Source: Lachnospiraceae bacterium (lineage in GTDB: Bacteria; Bacteroidota; Bacteroidia; Bacteroidales; Bacteroidaceae). Taken from it: 58,766 nucleotides of DNA. The translations under genes were made by a program, and so were the position numbers. This document shows, piece by piece, positions 19,686 to 29,299 of the stretch. Below the pieces are notes generated by a model. That model did not search any database and had not been told where the DNA came from. It worked only from the letters and a program-made list of their open reading frames with translations. Within the stretch, counting starts at the first letter, position 1; each line of letters begins with the position of its first letter. Location: assembly GCA_963657465.1 (NCBI GenBank), contig CAVKNU010000001.1, positions 1 through 58,766 on the forward strand. Direction: 5' to 3'.

Positions 19686-20120
19686 TCATCTTGGTTCATA
19701 GAAAAGTACCGCCTTGATGTAAGATTCCATTTTCACATCCTTTAGCTTGGAGAGACGATAATAGATTACCATCTTCAGCACAGCCTTCCAAAGTAAGGCG
19801 ATGAGGAGTCCTAAAACTAGAGCTGCCACAGTAGCCCACATCTTGCCCATGTCATAGACAGCAGAATCGTCAGGGAATGCAGACAACACCAACACTGGCA
19901 ATACCGTGATGACTCCCCCCACAGTGAGTTGGCTACGCTTCGAACCACCCATATCGAGGATAGCCTGCTTGTCGAAGAGATACCCCTCAAAATCTTGTTG
20001 ATCGATGCCATAATCGTTCACCTTCGGAAAATTAGGGCGTTCTTTATACTTATTGATTTTGTTCATCACCTTGTGCTCAAAATCATTGAGAATTTGCTTT
20101 TCGGGTTCTTTAATAGTCAT
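19686..20120 (-). CDS. Hypothetical membrane protein (two TM helices)
   Basis: ATG start, two hydrophobic segments, co-oriented between rnpB and the DUF1232 gene. Confidence 0.75.
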   Translation of the reverse strand: MTIKEPEKQILNDFEHKVMNKINKYKERPNFPKVNDYGIDQQDFEGYLFDKQAILDMGGSKRSQLTVGGVITVLPVLVLSAFPDDSAVYDMGKMWATVAALVLGLLIALLWKAVLKMVIYYRLSKLKDVKMESYIKAVLFYEPR

Positions 20121-20148
20121 AAATTCGGTTTTTAAGTAAAATAAAAAA

Positions 20149-20557
20149 GAAAGCAGTGCCCCTATAAGCCGAGTTCTGTTGCCTCGTCCCGAAAGACAAG
20201 ACCGCCTGTCATTTATCTAGTCCTTGGGTCACCCCAAGGCTCAAGCACTCTACCCTCCGCAGGAGCCCGAAGGCAATCGGACGAGCCGCCCTCTATCTGC
20301 GGTTTACATGAGCTTACAGCTCCCAGTGACACAGCCTGACGATCACCCGCCAGCTGGTGGTCTCTTACACCACCTTCTCACCCTTACCCGACACTACCCC
20401 CGCATGGATACGGGATAAGTTTCGGGCGGTCATTCTCTTCTGTCTTCCCCTACTGTTGCCAATAGCTTCTATTTTCGGAAGTGGGATGCCCTACGCTGCC
20501 CGGACTTTCCTCTCGCACCCAAATAAGATGCCAGCGACAAGCCGGAACACTGCTTTC
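20149..20557 (-). ncRNA. rnpB: RNase P RNA (type A)
   Basis: Minus strand has GAGGAAAGTCCGGGC and ACAGAACTCGGCTTA; terminal helix GAAAGCAGTG/CACTGCTTTC; TACTTTTG promoter box at 20564-20571. Confidence 0.97.
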
Positions 20558-20948
20558 GACATGCAAAAGTACAAAAAAAGAATGGATTAGGAACTATCTT
20601 TACTCATATTTTTTACTATTTTCTAACCGTTGCACTCTTTCTCAGCCAATTTACTACTAGGAAAAACCCTTTTTCAGATGACTTTGTTTAAGAGGCGTTT
20701 AACATTGACGCAATTTTAGTTACACATATACAATTATCAAAATTTCAACTAGTATCAAATTTTTGTGAATTTATGCCATTTCTCGCTTAACAGCCGTTAA
20801 TGTGTTAAATTAAAATGTTAAAACGGGATAAAAATGAAGGCATTCTTTTCGTTTTCTCGGAATTTGACTATATATTTGCAACCGAAAATCAGACAACAAT
20901 AGCAATTGTCAACAATTCCTACTGACGATTCTGACAGAATGAGGATTT

Positions 20949-20964
20949 TGGCACACTATTAGCA
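20949..20964 (+). promoter_or_regulatory. Candidate sigma54 (-24/-12) promoter upstream of htrA
   Basis: TGGCACACTATTAGCA, i.e. GG-N10-GC spacing. A separate TATATTTG -7 box lies at 20871-20878. Confidence 0.5.
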
Positions 20965-21018
20965 GTCAACAAAAGAAAATTATTAATTTAAGAACAATAA
21001 TTAAAAAGTTAAATAGAC

Positions 21019-22488
21019 ATGAAAAAGGTTACTAATTATGTTATGGCAGTGCTATGCGTAGGTTCGCTAGCATTTTCAACAGGTGCTTTTATGAAAGTTA
21101 ATGCTGCCCCAGCAGTAGCTGCAGCCCCAGCTGGTCAACCCGTAGATTTGACCTACGCCGCAGAGAAAGCGCTACCTGCAGTGGTCCACATCAAATACGT
21201 ACAGAATTCTAAGACCACAACCGTAGATGTACAAGACGACCCATTCGGAGGCTTTTTCGATCCATTCGGATTCTTCGGAAACCCAGGACAAGGCGGTGGC
21301 GGCACACGCAAGCAAAAGGTACAAACACCTAAGAAAGAAGCTACAGGCTCTGGCGTCATCATCAGCAGCGATGGTTATATCGTAACAAACAACCACGTGG
21401 TAGAGGGTGCCGACGAATTGACAGTCACACTGAACGACAACCGCGAGTACTCAGCACGTATCATCGGTACGGACAAGAGCACCGACCTCGCCCTCATCAA
21501 GGTTAATGCCAAGGACCTCCCTACTCTTTCTATCGCAGACAGCGACAAGATCAAGGTTGGCGAGTGGGTTATCGCAGTGGGCAACCCATTCGGTCTCAAC
21601 AACACCGTGACAGCAGGTATCATCTCTGCCAAAGCTCGTTCACTCGGTGCCAATGGTGTTGAGAGTTTTATCCAGACCGATGCAGCCATCAATGCAGGAA
21701 ACTCAGGTGGTGCACTCGTCAATACACAGGGTGAGCTCGTTGGCATCAACGCCATGCTCTACTCCCAGACAGGCTCTTTCTCTGGTTATGGTTTCGCCAT
21801 CCCTACCTCTATTATGAATAAAGTTGTGGCCGACTTAAAACAATATGGTAGCGTACAGCGTGTCATGCTGAGCATTCAGGGTAGCGATGTTCTCAACTAC
21901 ATCAACATGCAAAAGGAGAATGGCAAAGAAGTGGACCTCGGAACCAATGAGGGTGTTTATATCGCTAAGGTTGACGAAGATGGAAATGGTGCAGACGCAG
22001 GTTTGAAGGAAGGCGATGTCATCACAAAGGTGGATGGCAAGAAGGTGACCAAGATGGCTGAGCTTCAGGAGAGTCTCAACGGCAAGCGTCCAGGTGATAA
22101 GATGACCATTACATACTTGCGCAACAAGAAGAGCTACAGCAAGACCATCACATTGAAGAATGCACAGGGCAACACTTCTGTCATCAAGAGTGCCGACCTC
22201 GATGTCTTAGGCGGCAACTTCCGCCAGATCACAGAGGCACAGAAGAAACAACTCAACATCAACTATGGTGTGGAGGTCATGAAAGTCAACAGTGGCGCTT
22301 TGAAGGATGCAGGTGTTTCTCGCGGATTCATCATCCAGCGCATTAACGACAACAACATCAATTCCCTTGACGACCTCCAGAAGGCAGTGAAGAGCGCTTC
22401 CACTAGCAAGGATCCAGTGCTCTACATTCAGGGTGTATGGCCTACAGGTAAGAAGGCTTACTTCGCCGTTCCTTTGCAGAAGGATTAA
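21019..22488 (+). CDS. htrA: HtrA/DegP-family serine protease with two PDZ domains
   Basis: GSGVIIS, TNNHVV, DLAL and IQTDAAINAGNSGG motifs. Confidence 0.95.
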   Translation: MKKVTNYVMAVLCVGSLAFSTGAFMKVNAAPAVAAAPAGQPVDLTYAAEKALPAVVHIKYVQNSKTTTVDVQDDPFGGFFDPFGFFGNPGQGGGGTRKQKVQTPKKEATGSGVIISSDGYIVTNNHVVEGADELTVTLNDNREYSARIIGTDKSTDLALIKVNAKDLPTLSIADSDKIKVGEWVIAVGNPFGLNNTVTAGIISAKARSLGANGVESFIQTDAAINAGNSGGALVNTQGELVGINAMLYSQTGSFSGYGFAIPTSIMNKVVADLKQYGSVQRVMLSIQGSDVLNYINMQKENGKEVDLGTNEGVYIAKVDEDGNGADAGLKEGDVITKVDGKKVTKMAELQESLNGKRPGDKMTITYLRNKKSYSKTITLKNAQGNTSVIKSADLDVLGGNFRQITEAQKKQLNINYGVEVMKVNSGALKDAGVSRGFIIQRINDNNINSLDDLQKAVKSASTSKDPVLYIQGVWPTGKKAYFAVPLQKD

Positions 22489-22583
22489 ACCTATTGGCAA
22501 ATTCGTAAACTCGCTGCAATAGTGAACATGAATTTAGCACATACAAAGCGGTCAAAAATGCCAATTTGTAGTTAAAATAAGAG

Positions 22584-22623
22584 AAATAGTAGGTATTTTG
22601 GTAAATATCTACTATTTTTTTTT
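22584..22623 (+). terminator. Probable terminator after htrA
   Basis: Stem aaatagtaggtatt...aatatctactattt followed by a long T-run. Confidence 0.6.
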
Positions 22624-22674
22624 GTCAATTCAAACAAAAAACGTATTTTTGCAGCTACTTAAATTAATGCTACC

Positions 22675-23538
22675 ATGAGACAACTGAAAATTTCAAAGTC
22701 GATAACGAATCGCGAGACCGCATCGTTAGACAAGTATCTCCAAGAAATTGGACATGAAGTGCTCCTTTCTACAGATGAAGAAGTGGAGTTGGCCCAAAGA
22801 ATTAAAAAAGGTGACCGCAATGCCTTGGAGAAGCTGACGAAAGCCAACTTGAGATTCGTAGTTTCTGTGGCTAAACAGTATCAGAATCAAGGCATGAGCC
22901 TTCCCGACTTAATCAATGAAGGTAACCTTGGACTCATCAAGGCTGCCGAAAAGTTTGACGAAACCCGTGGCTTCAAGTTTATCTCGTATGCCGTTTGGTG
23001 GATTCGTCAAAGTATCTTGCAGGCGATTGCGGAACAAAGCCGAATCGTCAAGCTCCCACTCAATCAAGTGGGAAACCTCAATAAAGTAAACCGTGAGCTC
23101 AACAGATTTGAGCAAGAGAATGAGCGCAAGCCAAGCATCAACGAGATTGCAGACCGACTTGACCTGCCGGAAGACAAGATTGCAGATGTTATCAATATCA
23201 ACATGCGACATGTGAGCATGGATGCTCCATTTGCGGATGGTGACGATGGAAGTTTGCTCGACGTATTGCCTAACAACAACGCGCCGATGGCTGATGGTGG
23301 ACTCTGGACAGAATCACTGCGCGAGGAAATCGAAAGAGCGCTCGAATTGCTCAACGACCGAGAGAAGAAGGTTGTAAAGGCTTTCTTCGGCATCGGTATC
23401 CAAGAAATGACGCTCGAAGAAATCGGCGACAGATACAACTTGACTAGAGAGCGAGTACGCCAAATCAAGGAAAAAGCCATACGCCGTCTTCGACATAGTA
23501 CGAAGAATAAACTGCTAAAGTCCTATCTAGGACAGTAA
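22675..23538 (+). CDS. rpoD: Primary sigma-70 factor of Bacteroidota type (no region 1.1)
   Basis: [14 protein letters not shown] start; [24 protein letters not shown] and LTRERVRQI motifs; 287 aa. Confidence 0.9.
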   Translation: MRQLKISKSITNRETASLDKYLQEIGHEVLLSTDEEVELAQRIKKGDRNALEKLTKANLRFVVSVAKQYQNQGMSLPDLINEGNLGLIKAAEKFDETRGFKFISYAVWWIRQSILQAIAEQSRIVKLPLNQVGNLNKVNRELNRFEQENERKPSINEIADRLDLPEDKIADVININMRHVSMDAPFADGDDGSLLDVLPNNNAPMADGGLWTESLREEIERALELLNDREKKVVKAFFGIGIQEMTLEEIGDRYNLTRERVRQIKEKAIRRLRHSTKNKLLKSYLGQ

Positions 23539-23564
23539 GCATATTTTTAAATATAGAACGTAAA

Positions 23565-24146
23565 ATGAAAGTATCGAAATTAGCTTTAGCTGTTGCTACC
23601 ACCGCACTGCTCACCTCCATCTCGATTTCTGCAAAGAACGAGGTTCGTAAGGCCTATATGTACGGCATCGCAACATCATTCAATGATTCTACGATCTATC
23701 TCACCCATATTCAGGAGGTGGATTCAGCATGGTTCACAAGCAAATATCATTTTCTTATTTCGCGTGAGAACTACTCTTACCAGTTGAGAGACTTTCTGGA
23801 GAATCACGGCGATGGCAACCGCACTTGCTCGGTCATGTTCGGATTCGACAAGAAAAAGGTAGAAAAGAAATGGAATAAACTTTATGCTAAATACACTGCC
23901 AAACAAAAGGTAACGAAGAAGAACAAAAAGCATGAGAATGATCGACCACCTTACAACGTGGCATTCATCAACGACTTCACCTTCGAGGGCATTGCTCCTA
24001 CCGAGGAAGTGGTAGAGGAAAAACCAAAACTGACCAAGGCTGAGAAAAAACAGGCCAAGAAAGATGCGAAAGAAGCTAAAAAGAAAGCCAAAGTTGAGAA
24101 AAAGCAAGCCAAGGCTAACAAGAAGAAAGCTAAGGTAGAAGAATAA
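23565..24146 (+). CDS. Hypothetical secreted protein with a Lys/Ala-rich C-terminal tail
   Basis: Signal peptide; tail KAEKKQAKKDAKEAKKKAKVEKKQAK. Confidence 0.8.
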   Translation: MKVSKLALAVATTALLTSISISAKNEVRKAYMYGIATSFNDSTIYLTHIQEVDSAWFTSKYHFLISRENYSYQLRDFLENHGDGNRTCSVMFGFDKKKVEKKWNKLYAKYTAKQKVTKKNKKHENDRPPYNVAFINDFTFEGIAPTEEVVEEKPKLTKAEKKQAKKDAKEAKKKAKVEKKQAKANKKKAKVEE

Positions 24147-24154
24147 GATCATAA

Positions 24155-24206
24155 CAAGATAAAGAATAAGGGCGGCACATGAGTGTCGCCCTTATTCTTT
24201 ATCTTG
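24155..24206. terminator. Long bidirectional hairpin between convergent genes
   Basis: 24-bp arms caagataaagaataagggcggcac / gtgtcgcccttattctttatcttg with a 4-nt loop. Confidence 0.8.
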
Positions 24207-24216
24207 CAAGATGGGA

Positions 24217-26412
24217 TTATTTCATCATGTGTTCCTTAAACCAGTTGGTAATCTGGCGCAAAAGATGGTTGCGTGTGTTGCCACCAGAGATGCCATGATT
24301 ACGGTTAGTGTAAAGCAACTCCTTGAAATCCTTATCTGCCTGTACCAATGCCTCAGAATACTCAAAAGTGTTCTGTGGATGTACATTGTCGTCTGCCACA
24401 CCATGGCAAATCAGCAATGCTCCATGTTGCTTCTCGGCACGTTCGATAGGATTCACCTTATAGCCATCTTCATTCTCCTGTGGAGTACGCATATAACGCT
24501 CGGTATATACGGTGTCATAGAAACGGTAACAAGTAGGAGGAGCCACTGCCACACCCGCCTTAAACACAGGGCGACCCTCGCTCATACTCATCAAGGTATT
24601 GAAACCACCATAACTCCAACCCCAGATGCCGATATTATTTTTGTCAACGTATGGCAAGCTGCCCATATAGAGAGCGGTCTCAACCTGGTCTTTCGACTCC
24701 AAGTCGCCCAAGCGCAAGTAGGTGCATTTCTCAAACTCTACGCCACGACCACCTGTGCCACGGCCATCCACACAAGCCACGATGAAACCTTCCTGAGCTA
24801 AATAATACTCGAAAGCACCACCATTGCCCATACTTCCACTGTTCCATGCGTCAAGCACCTGCTGGTTGCCTGGCCCAGAGTATTGGAAGAGAATCACAGG
24901 ATATTTCTTGTTGGCATCGAAATCCACAGGCTTCACCATCCATCCATCGAGTTTCACACCTTCCGAAGTTGTGAAAGAGAAAGTCTCACGCTTACCCCAG
25001 TTATATTCCTTGGTCTTAGCAAGCAACTCCTTGTTATCTTCCAACATTTTAATCACCTTACCCTTGTTGTTGCGTACAGTGAATACCATTGGATGACTGT
25101 AAGAACTCCATGTATTGACGAAATAGCGATAGTCACCTGAGAACTTAGCCGCATTAGAACCTTGCGCATCGGTCAAGCGCTCCACTTTGCCATTCTTATG
25201 AGCCACATACACCTGACGGTCATGAGCATTAATCATGGCAGCCTGGAAATATACATCGCCCGTTTTCTCATCCATACCATAGATGTCGGTCACATCATAC
25301 TTTCCTTTCTCCACCTGACGAATCAACTTACCATCCATGCTGTAGAGATAAAGGTGCATAAATCCATCACGGTCGCTAGGCAACAAGATAGTCTTCTTAC
25401 CCACGATACTATTCTCCACAACCTCTTCCTTCACAAACTTAGGCACACTCTCCTGAATGAGCATCTTGCTCACACCAGTGAATGGATTCACACTATAAAG
25501 ACGCATATCGTCCTGATGACGATTCATCGTATAGACAATCAAGCTGTTGGCATCTGGAGAGGTTTTGATTCTTGGATAGTAACCGTCGGCATCCACAGGC
25601 ACATTCAAGCTGATGGTCTTACCACTCTTCAGGTCATAACTCCAAAGACTCACCTTGGAATTGTCCTGACCAGCCTTAGGATACTTGTAAGAATATTCAC
25701 CTGGATAGTCATGATTTTCCTTGTGGGTAGGGTGAGAACCCTCAAACATCTGGAGGGTATAAGTCTTCACGTGCGACTCGTCGAAGCGAATCCATCCCAG
25801 TGCTGTTCCGTCCGCATTCCAAGCGAAAGCACGATTAAAGCTGAATTCCTCTTCATACACCCAGTCAGGAATACCATTGATTACCTCATTAAACTTTCCG
25901 TCGGTGGTAATCTGTTTCTCCGTCTCGCCATCAGTCACGTAAAGGTTATTATCCTTCACGAAAGCGATGTGCTTGCTGTCTGGCGACCAAGTAGCCACCT
26001 GCTGCGTCTCACCTTCAGAAAGCTTCTTGAGCGACTTCTTGGCGATGTCATAGATAAAATACTCTGCCTTGAACGAACGGCGATACACAGCCTTGCTCTT
26101 AGTCAATACCAAAAGACGCTTGCCGTCAGGGCTCATCACGTAGCCATCGATAGACTTAAAGGGAGCCTTCGAAGCATCGATGTCAAAGAGCACAGCCACC
26201 TGCTTGCCTGTCTTGAAGGAGTAACTTACTATCCGCTTGCCATCATGTGAGATGGAAGCATACAAATCGGTACCCTCGATAGGGTTGATACCAGTAACAT
26301 AAGAAGCTGCAAACTCGCCTGAGGTGATAGCTTTCAAGCTCAGTCGTTCAGCAGCTTCCATCGTTGATGATACCATCATGATTGATGCGATAAAAACAAA
26401 TAATTTCTTCAT
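24217..26412 (-). CDS. Dipeptidyl peptidase IV (S9B)
   Basis: DWVYEEE motif and catalytic triad GWSYGG / DDNVH / NHGI; signal peptide. Confidence 0.95.
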   Translation of the reverse strand: MKKLFVFIASIMMVSSTMEAAERLSLKAITSGEFAASYVTGINPIEGTDLYASISHDGKRIVSYSFKTGKQVAVLFDIDASKAPFKSIDGYVMSPDGKRLLVLTKSKAVYRRSFKAEYFIYDIAKKSLKKLSEGETQQVATWSPDSKHIAFVKDNNLYVTDGETEKQITTDGKFNEVINGIPDWVYEEEFSFNRAFAWNADGTALGWIRFDESHVKTYTLQMFEGSHPTHKENHDYPGEYSYKYPKAGQDNSKVSLWSYDLKSGKTISLNVPVDADGYYPRIKTSPDANSLIVYTMNRHQDDMRLYSVNPFTGVSKMLIQESVPKFVKEEVVENSIVGKKTILLPSDRDGFMHLYLYSMDGKLIRQVEKGKYDVTDIYGMDEKTGDVYFQAAMINAHDRQVYVAHKNGKVERLTDAQGSNAAKFSGDYRYFVNTWSSYSHPMVFTVRNNKGKVIKMLEDNKELLAKTKEYNWGKRETFSFTTSEGVKLDGWMVKPVDFDANKKYPVILFQYSGPGNQQVLDAWNSGSMGNGGAFEYYLAQEGFIVACVDGRGTGGRGVEFEKCTYLRLGDLESKDQVETALYMGSLPYVDKNNIGIWGWSYGGFNTLMSMSEGRPVFKAGVAVAPPTCYRFYDTVYTERYMRTPQENEDGYKVNPIERAEKQHGALLICHGVADDNVHPQNTFEYSEALVQADKDFKELLYTNRNHGISGGNTRNHLLRQITNWFKEHMMK

Positions 26413-26414
26413 GT

Positions 26415-27233
26415 TTAGTCTTTATGTAACGCCTCGATTGGGGAATAGTCCTCATTTTCGAGTAATTGCTTAACTGTCGTTTTCGGATTACGCTTAATGT
26501 AAGATTGGATGGTGTTCACATACTTCGTGTCGAATATTTTCTTACCCATCACCTTGTTTACCGTCCACATGATCTTACCCATGTGCAAGTCGCGATCCAA
26601 CTGAGGACGATTGTCAAAATTTACCATCGGATAGATGCTCAGCAGATAAAAAGTCAAACAGTCTGGCACGATATACTCACGGGTCATCATACTGCGCTGC
26701 TGGGCATTGTAGAACTTCTGATACAAAGGATATTTCTCACCCATATACTTATCGAGAGAGATTCCCACGGAGTGCTCACCCACGATGATGCTCTGGTCTA
26801 GCGCACCAATCTGGGCATAAAAGCAAGGCTGCTGCAATTCTGGTATCCAATCATTCAGCCGTTCAAAGGCTTCCTTCAACTGCTGGTTGATATCGTCCAT
26901 GTTAGCATACTCTGCTTCTGCATCAGCGATAAGTGATTGCAAGGTGGAATCCTGATAGAACATCAAGAAACGGTTACTGATGTTGGGATCCGTGATAGTA
27001 CCCAATTGCAATACCTTTTCTATCAGTGTGCGAGTCTCTATAGGATAGTCGGTGTTCATCTGCTGAAGGGCAGAAAAATCACCCGTGGTGAGATAGCGGC
27101 TCTCCAATCGATCATATCGCTGCACTATCAATGGGGCGACATCCGTCTCCTCATTCGGCTTGACCATATAATCGCAAGCCGAACAAAGAAGCACACATGC
27201 CAAGAAGACGATATAATTGATAATATGTTTCAC
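26415..27233 (-). CDS. GldB-related lipoprotein
   Basis: Likely GTG start at 27233 (MKHIINYIVFLACVLLCSAC, a lipobox) after a TATTTTTG box at ~27263-27270; motifs VQRYDR and GISLDKYMG. Confidence 0.7.
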   Translation of the reverse strand: MKHIINYIVFLACVLLCSACDYMVKPNEETDVAPLIVQRYDRLESRYLTTGDFSALQQMNTDYPIETRTLIEKVLQLGTITDPNISNRFLMFYQDSTLQSLIADAEAEYANMDDINQQLKEAFERLNDWIPELQQPCFYAQIGALDQSIIVGEHSVGISLDKYMGEKYPLYQKFYNAQQRSMMTREYIVPDCLTFYLLSIYPMVNFDNRPQLDRDLHMGKIMWTVNKVMGKKIFDTKYVNTIQSYIKRNPKTTVKQLLENEDYSPIEALHKD

Positions 27234-27337
27234 TTTTACTGTTATCTCGTTAGTTACGACTGCAAAAATACTAAAAAATATTTTAAAATCCAAGTACTTT
27301 TGCTAAAAAGTTCAAATATTTCCGCAAAAACAGTGTT

Positions 27338-28564
27338 TTATTCTACATTTTTTATTATAAGAGGCTGTTCCACTCTTTTTTTCCAATCCTTCATCCACTG
27401 ATACCATGCTTTCTCGCCCTCGAAGCCAAAAGTCTCGTTAGCACTGGTGTAAGCCAACTTGTAGCTCAAACGTTTCCCCATAGGCTTCACCACCATCGTA
27501 TAACAATCTTTGTCGGCTGGTCTTTCTTCCGCCATCATCGTTGCAGGCACATAGATACCCAGTCCCACAGTTTCGAGCTTATGCTTGCCATCATCCTTGC
27601 CCGTAGGCCAATCGGTGCCATAACAACCACGTAAACCCTTTCCGTCTGTATATTCCGAAGACCCTTTCACATTGATGAGACCAGTGGCAAAGCGATAATC
27701 TGCCACGTCCTTATCGAACCACACGTCCACGTCAAAGTCACGATGACCGGCATAGATTGTATAACGAAGGGTGGCATTCACTGGTTTCAAGCCTGAAGCT
27801 GGCACCCAACCATTGTCCACCACTTCCACAATGGCGCGCAGAGGACCTTCCGAAATCACACGTTGCTCTTGATACTTCACATGGTCAAGCAACACAGAGT
27901 TCTCTCCGTCCCAACCTCTCAAGGCACCCAACCCATAGGTATTGCCCACCCAGAGCACATCGTCGCCCGAACCAGCCTTCAGTTGCTCTTCAGATGGATA
28001 GAACTGCGTGTCTTCTAGCACCAATCCTTCATTCACCTTTCCATAAAGGTCAATAGTCTGGCGATTGTCGAAATACACTCTCAGTGCCACCATGTCGCTC
28101 TCGAAGCACACGCCGTGAGAATGTACATAGTGGTACACATCCTTGGTTTTCTTGTCGAAGGCGATGCTACGCAGATAAATGTCTTGACGGTTCTTTGCCA
28201 ATTTCTTGTTTTTGCTAGGCAGCACCAGTTCTGCGAAGGTGCGGGCAGGATATTCTTTTTGCTCTCCTTCCGCATAGAGGTAGATGGTGTATCGTTTGCT
28301 CTCCTTCTTGCCCAGATTCACCAAGAAACAGAGTTCATCGTTCTCACAGTCACGATTCAGGTCGTCCAACTGGCAAGGGATTTCCTTCCCCTCTTCCATC
28401 ACCACGGCTCGTTCGATGCTTCCATATTTATCCAAGGCAATCACCACCGGCTCGTCAGTTCGGCTTTCCTTCATAGGGTTCTTCACCTCCATCTTCAGCA
28501 CCGTCTGTGCGCCAGCTCCCAGCGTGAGGAGCCAGGTTGTCATCATCAGAAATAGCTTTTTCAT
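27338..28564 (-). CDS. DUF4861-like secreted protein
   Basis: Signal peptide; IPCQLDDLNRD, HGVCFESD..A.RVYFD and IDLYGK motifs. Confidence 0.75.
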   Translation of the reverse strand: MKKLFLMMTTWLLTLGAGAQTVLKMEVKNPMKESRTDEPVVIALDKYGSIERAVVMEEGKEIPCQLDDLNRDCENDELCFLVNLGKKESKRYTIYLYAEGEQKEYPARTFAELVLPSKNKKLAKNRQDIYLRSIAFDKKTKDVYHYVHSHGVCFESDMVALRVYFDNRQTIDLYGKVNEGLVLEDTQFYPSEEQLKAGSGDDVLWVGNTYGLGALRGWDGENSVLLDHVKYQEQRVISEGPLRAIVEVVDNGWVPASGLKPVNATLRYTIYAGHRDFDVDVWFDKDVADYRFATGLINVKGSSEYTDGKGLRGCYGTDWPTGKDDGKHKLETVGLGIYVPATMMAEERPADKDCYTMVVKPMGKRLSYKLAYTSANETFGFEGEKAWYQWMKDWKKRVEQPLIIKNVE

Positions 28565-28775
28565 TTTTTTGATAGCTTTTACGTTTTTAAGTTATGTAGT
28601 CTGTTTTGATTCTTTCCATCTACATTTCGTCTTCGCTTACAAAATTACACTTTTTATTTCAAATAGCAAAAGATTCCGTCTGAAAGTTTTGGACAAACCA
28701 GATTTTTCACTAACTTTGCAACCAAACAAGAATAAAACAACAACATTTAGTAACTTTTCAAAATACCTATTGCTC

Positions 28776-28841
28776 ATGAATATGTATCCTAAGAAAAAGG
28801 AGTATGTGGCGCCAAGCGTCGAAGTACACACCTTGAAGTAA
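28776..28841 (+). CDS. Putative 21-aa micropeptide or truncated small-protein gene (MNMYPKKKEYVAPSVEVHTLK)
   Basis: Follows a canonical promoter (TTTG ~28688-28691, TAACTTTG 28711-28718); contains a KKxYxxPxV motif. Confidence 0.4.
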   Translation: MNMYPKKKEYVAPSVEVHTLK

Positions 28842-28871
28842 TTTCGCCAAAGAAATAATCGTGTAAGTTTT

Positions 28872-29125
28872 TACCTTTCACCCTTCACCTTTCGCTGAAA
28901 TCCCCTGTGTTTATCGGCATTCTGAGGGTGAAGGGTAGTTTTTAACCCTTCACCCACCCTTCACCCACCCTTCACCTGTCTAACTAGTCAACCGTACGCG
29001 GCTCCGCATTTATACCTTTACAGAAATGACAAGGTGAAGGGTGGTGAAAGGTCAAGGCAGCCCTTCACCACAATAAATGGATAATAGTCAGGCGATTACA
29101 CCACATCGGTGAAGGGTGAAGGGTA
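28872..29125. repeat. 254-bp symmetric element with 18-bp terminal inverted repeats and 11 CCYTTCACC units (MITE-like or origin-like)
   Basis: Ends tacctttcacccttcacc / ggtgaagggtgaagggta (17/18 match). Central 3x 11-bp tandem ACCCTTCACCC at 28945-28976. Further copies in both orientations. Confidence 0.85.
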
Positions 29126-29191
29126 TTTCTAAGATTACTTTGCATCCAACATTCATCCATATTCCTTAAGACAACCTAGAGAGTTTGAGAT

Positions 29192-29254
29192 GTGCCCTAA
29201 CTAAGGGCACATTGCTGCCCTAGTTGGAGAAACTTTTGCCCTCAGTTAGAGCAC
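29192..29254. repeat. Three degenerate short palindromes (TGCCCT-AACTA/AGTT-RGGCA; REP-like)
   Basis: gtgccctaactaagggcac, tgccctagttggagaa and tgccctcagttagagcac, spaced 21-23 bp. Confidence 0.55.
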
Positions 29255-29299
29255 TATGCTGTCTTTGTAAGACAGAGGACGTATGCAAGTCGAATCATT

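Noticed and set aside
22675..23538. Unusually short sigma-70 factor
   Set aside because: Lack of region 1.1 is the known normal form of the Bacteroidota primary sigma factor.
28945..28976. Possible CRISPR array in the CCTTCACC region
   Set aside because: Units are 9-11 bp, occur in both orientations, have no regular unique spacers, and no cas genes are present.
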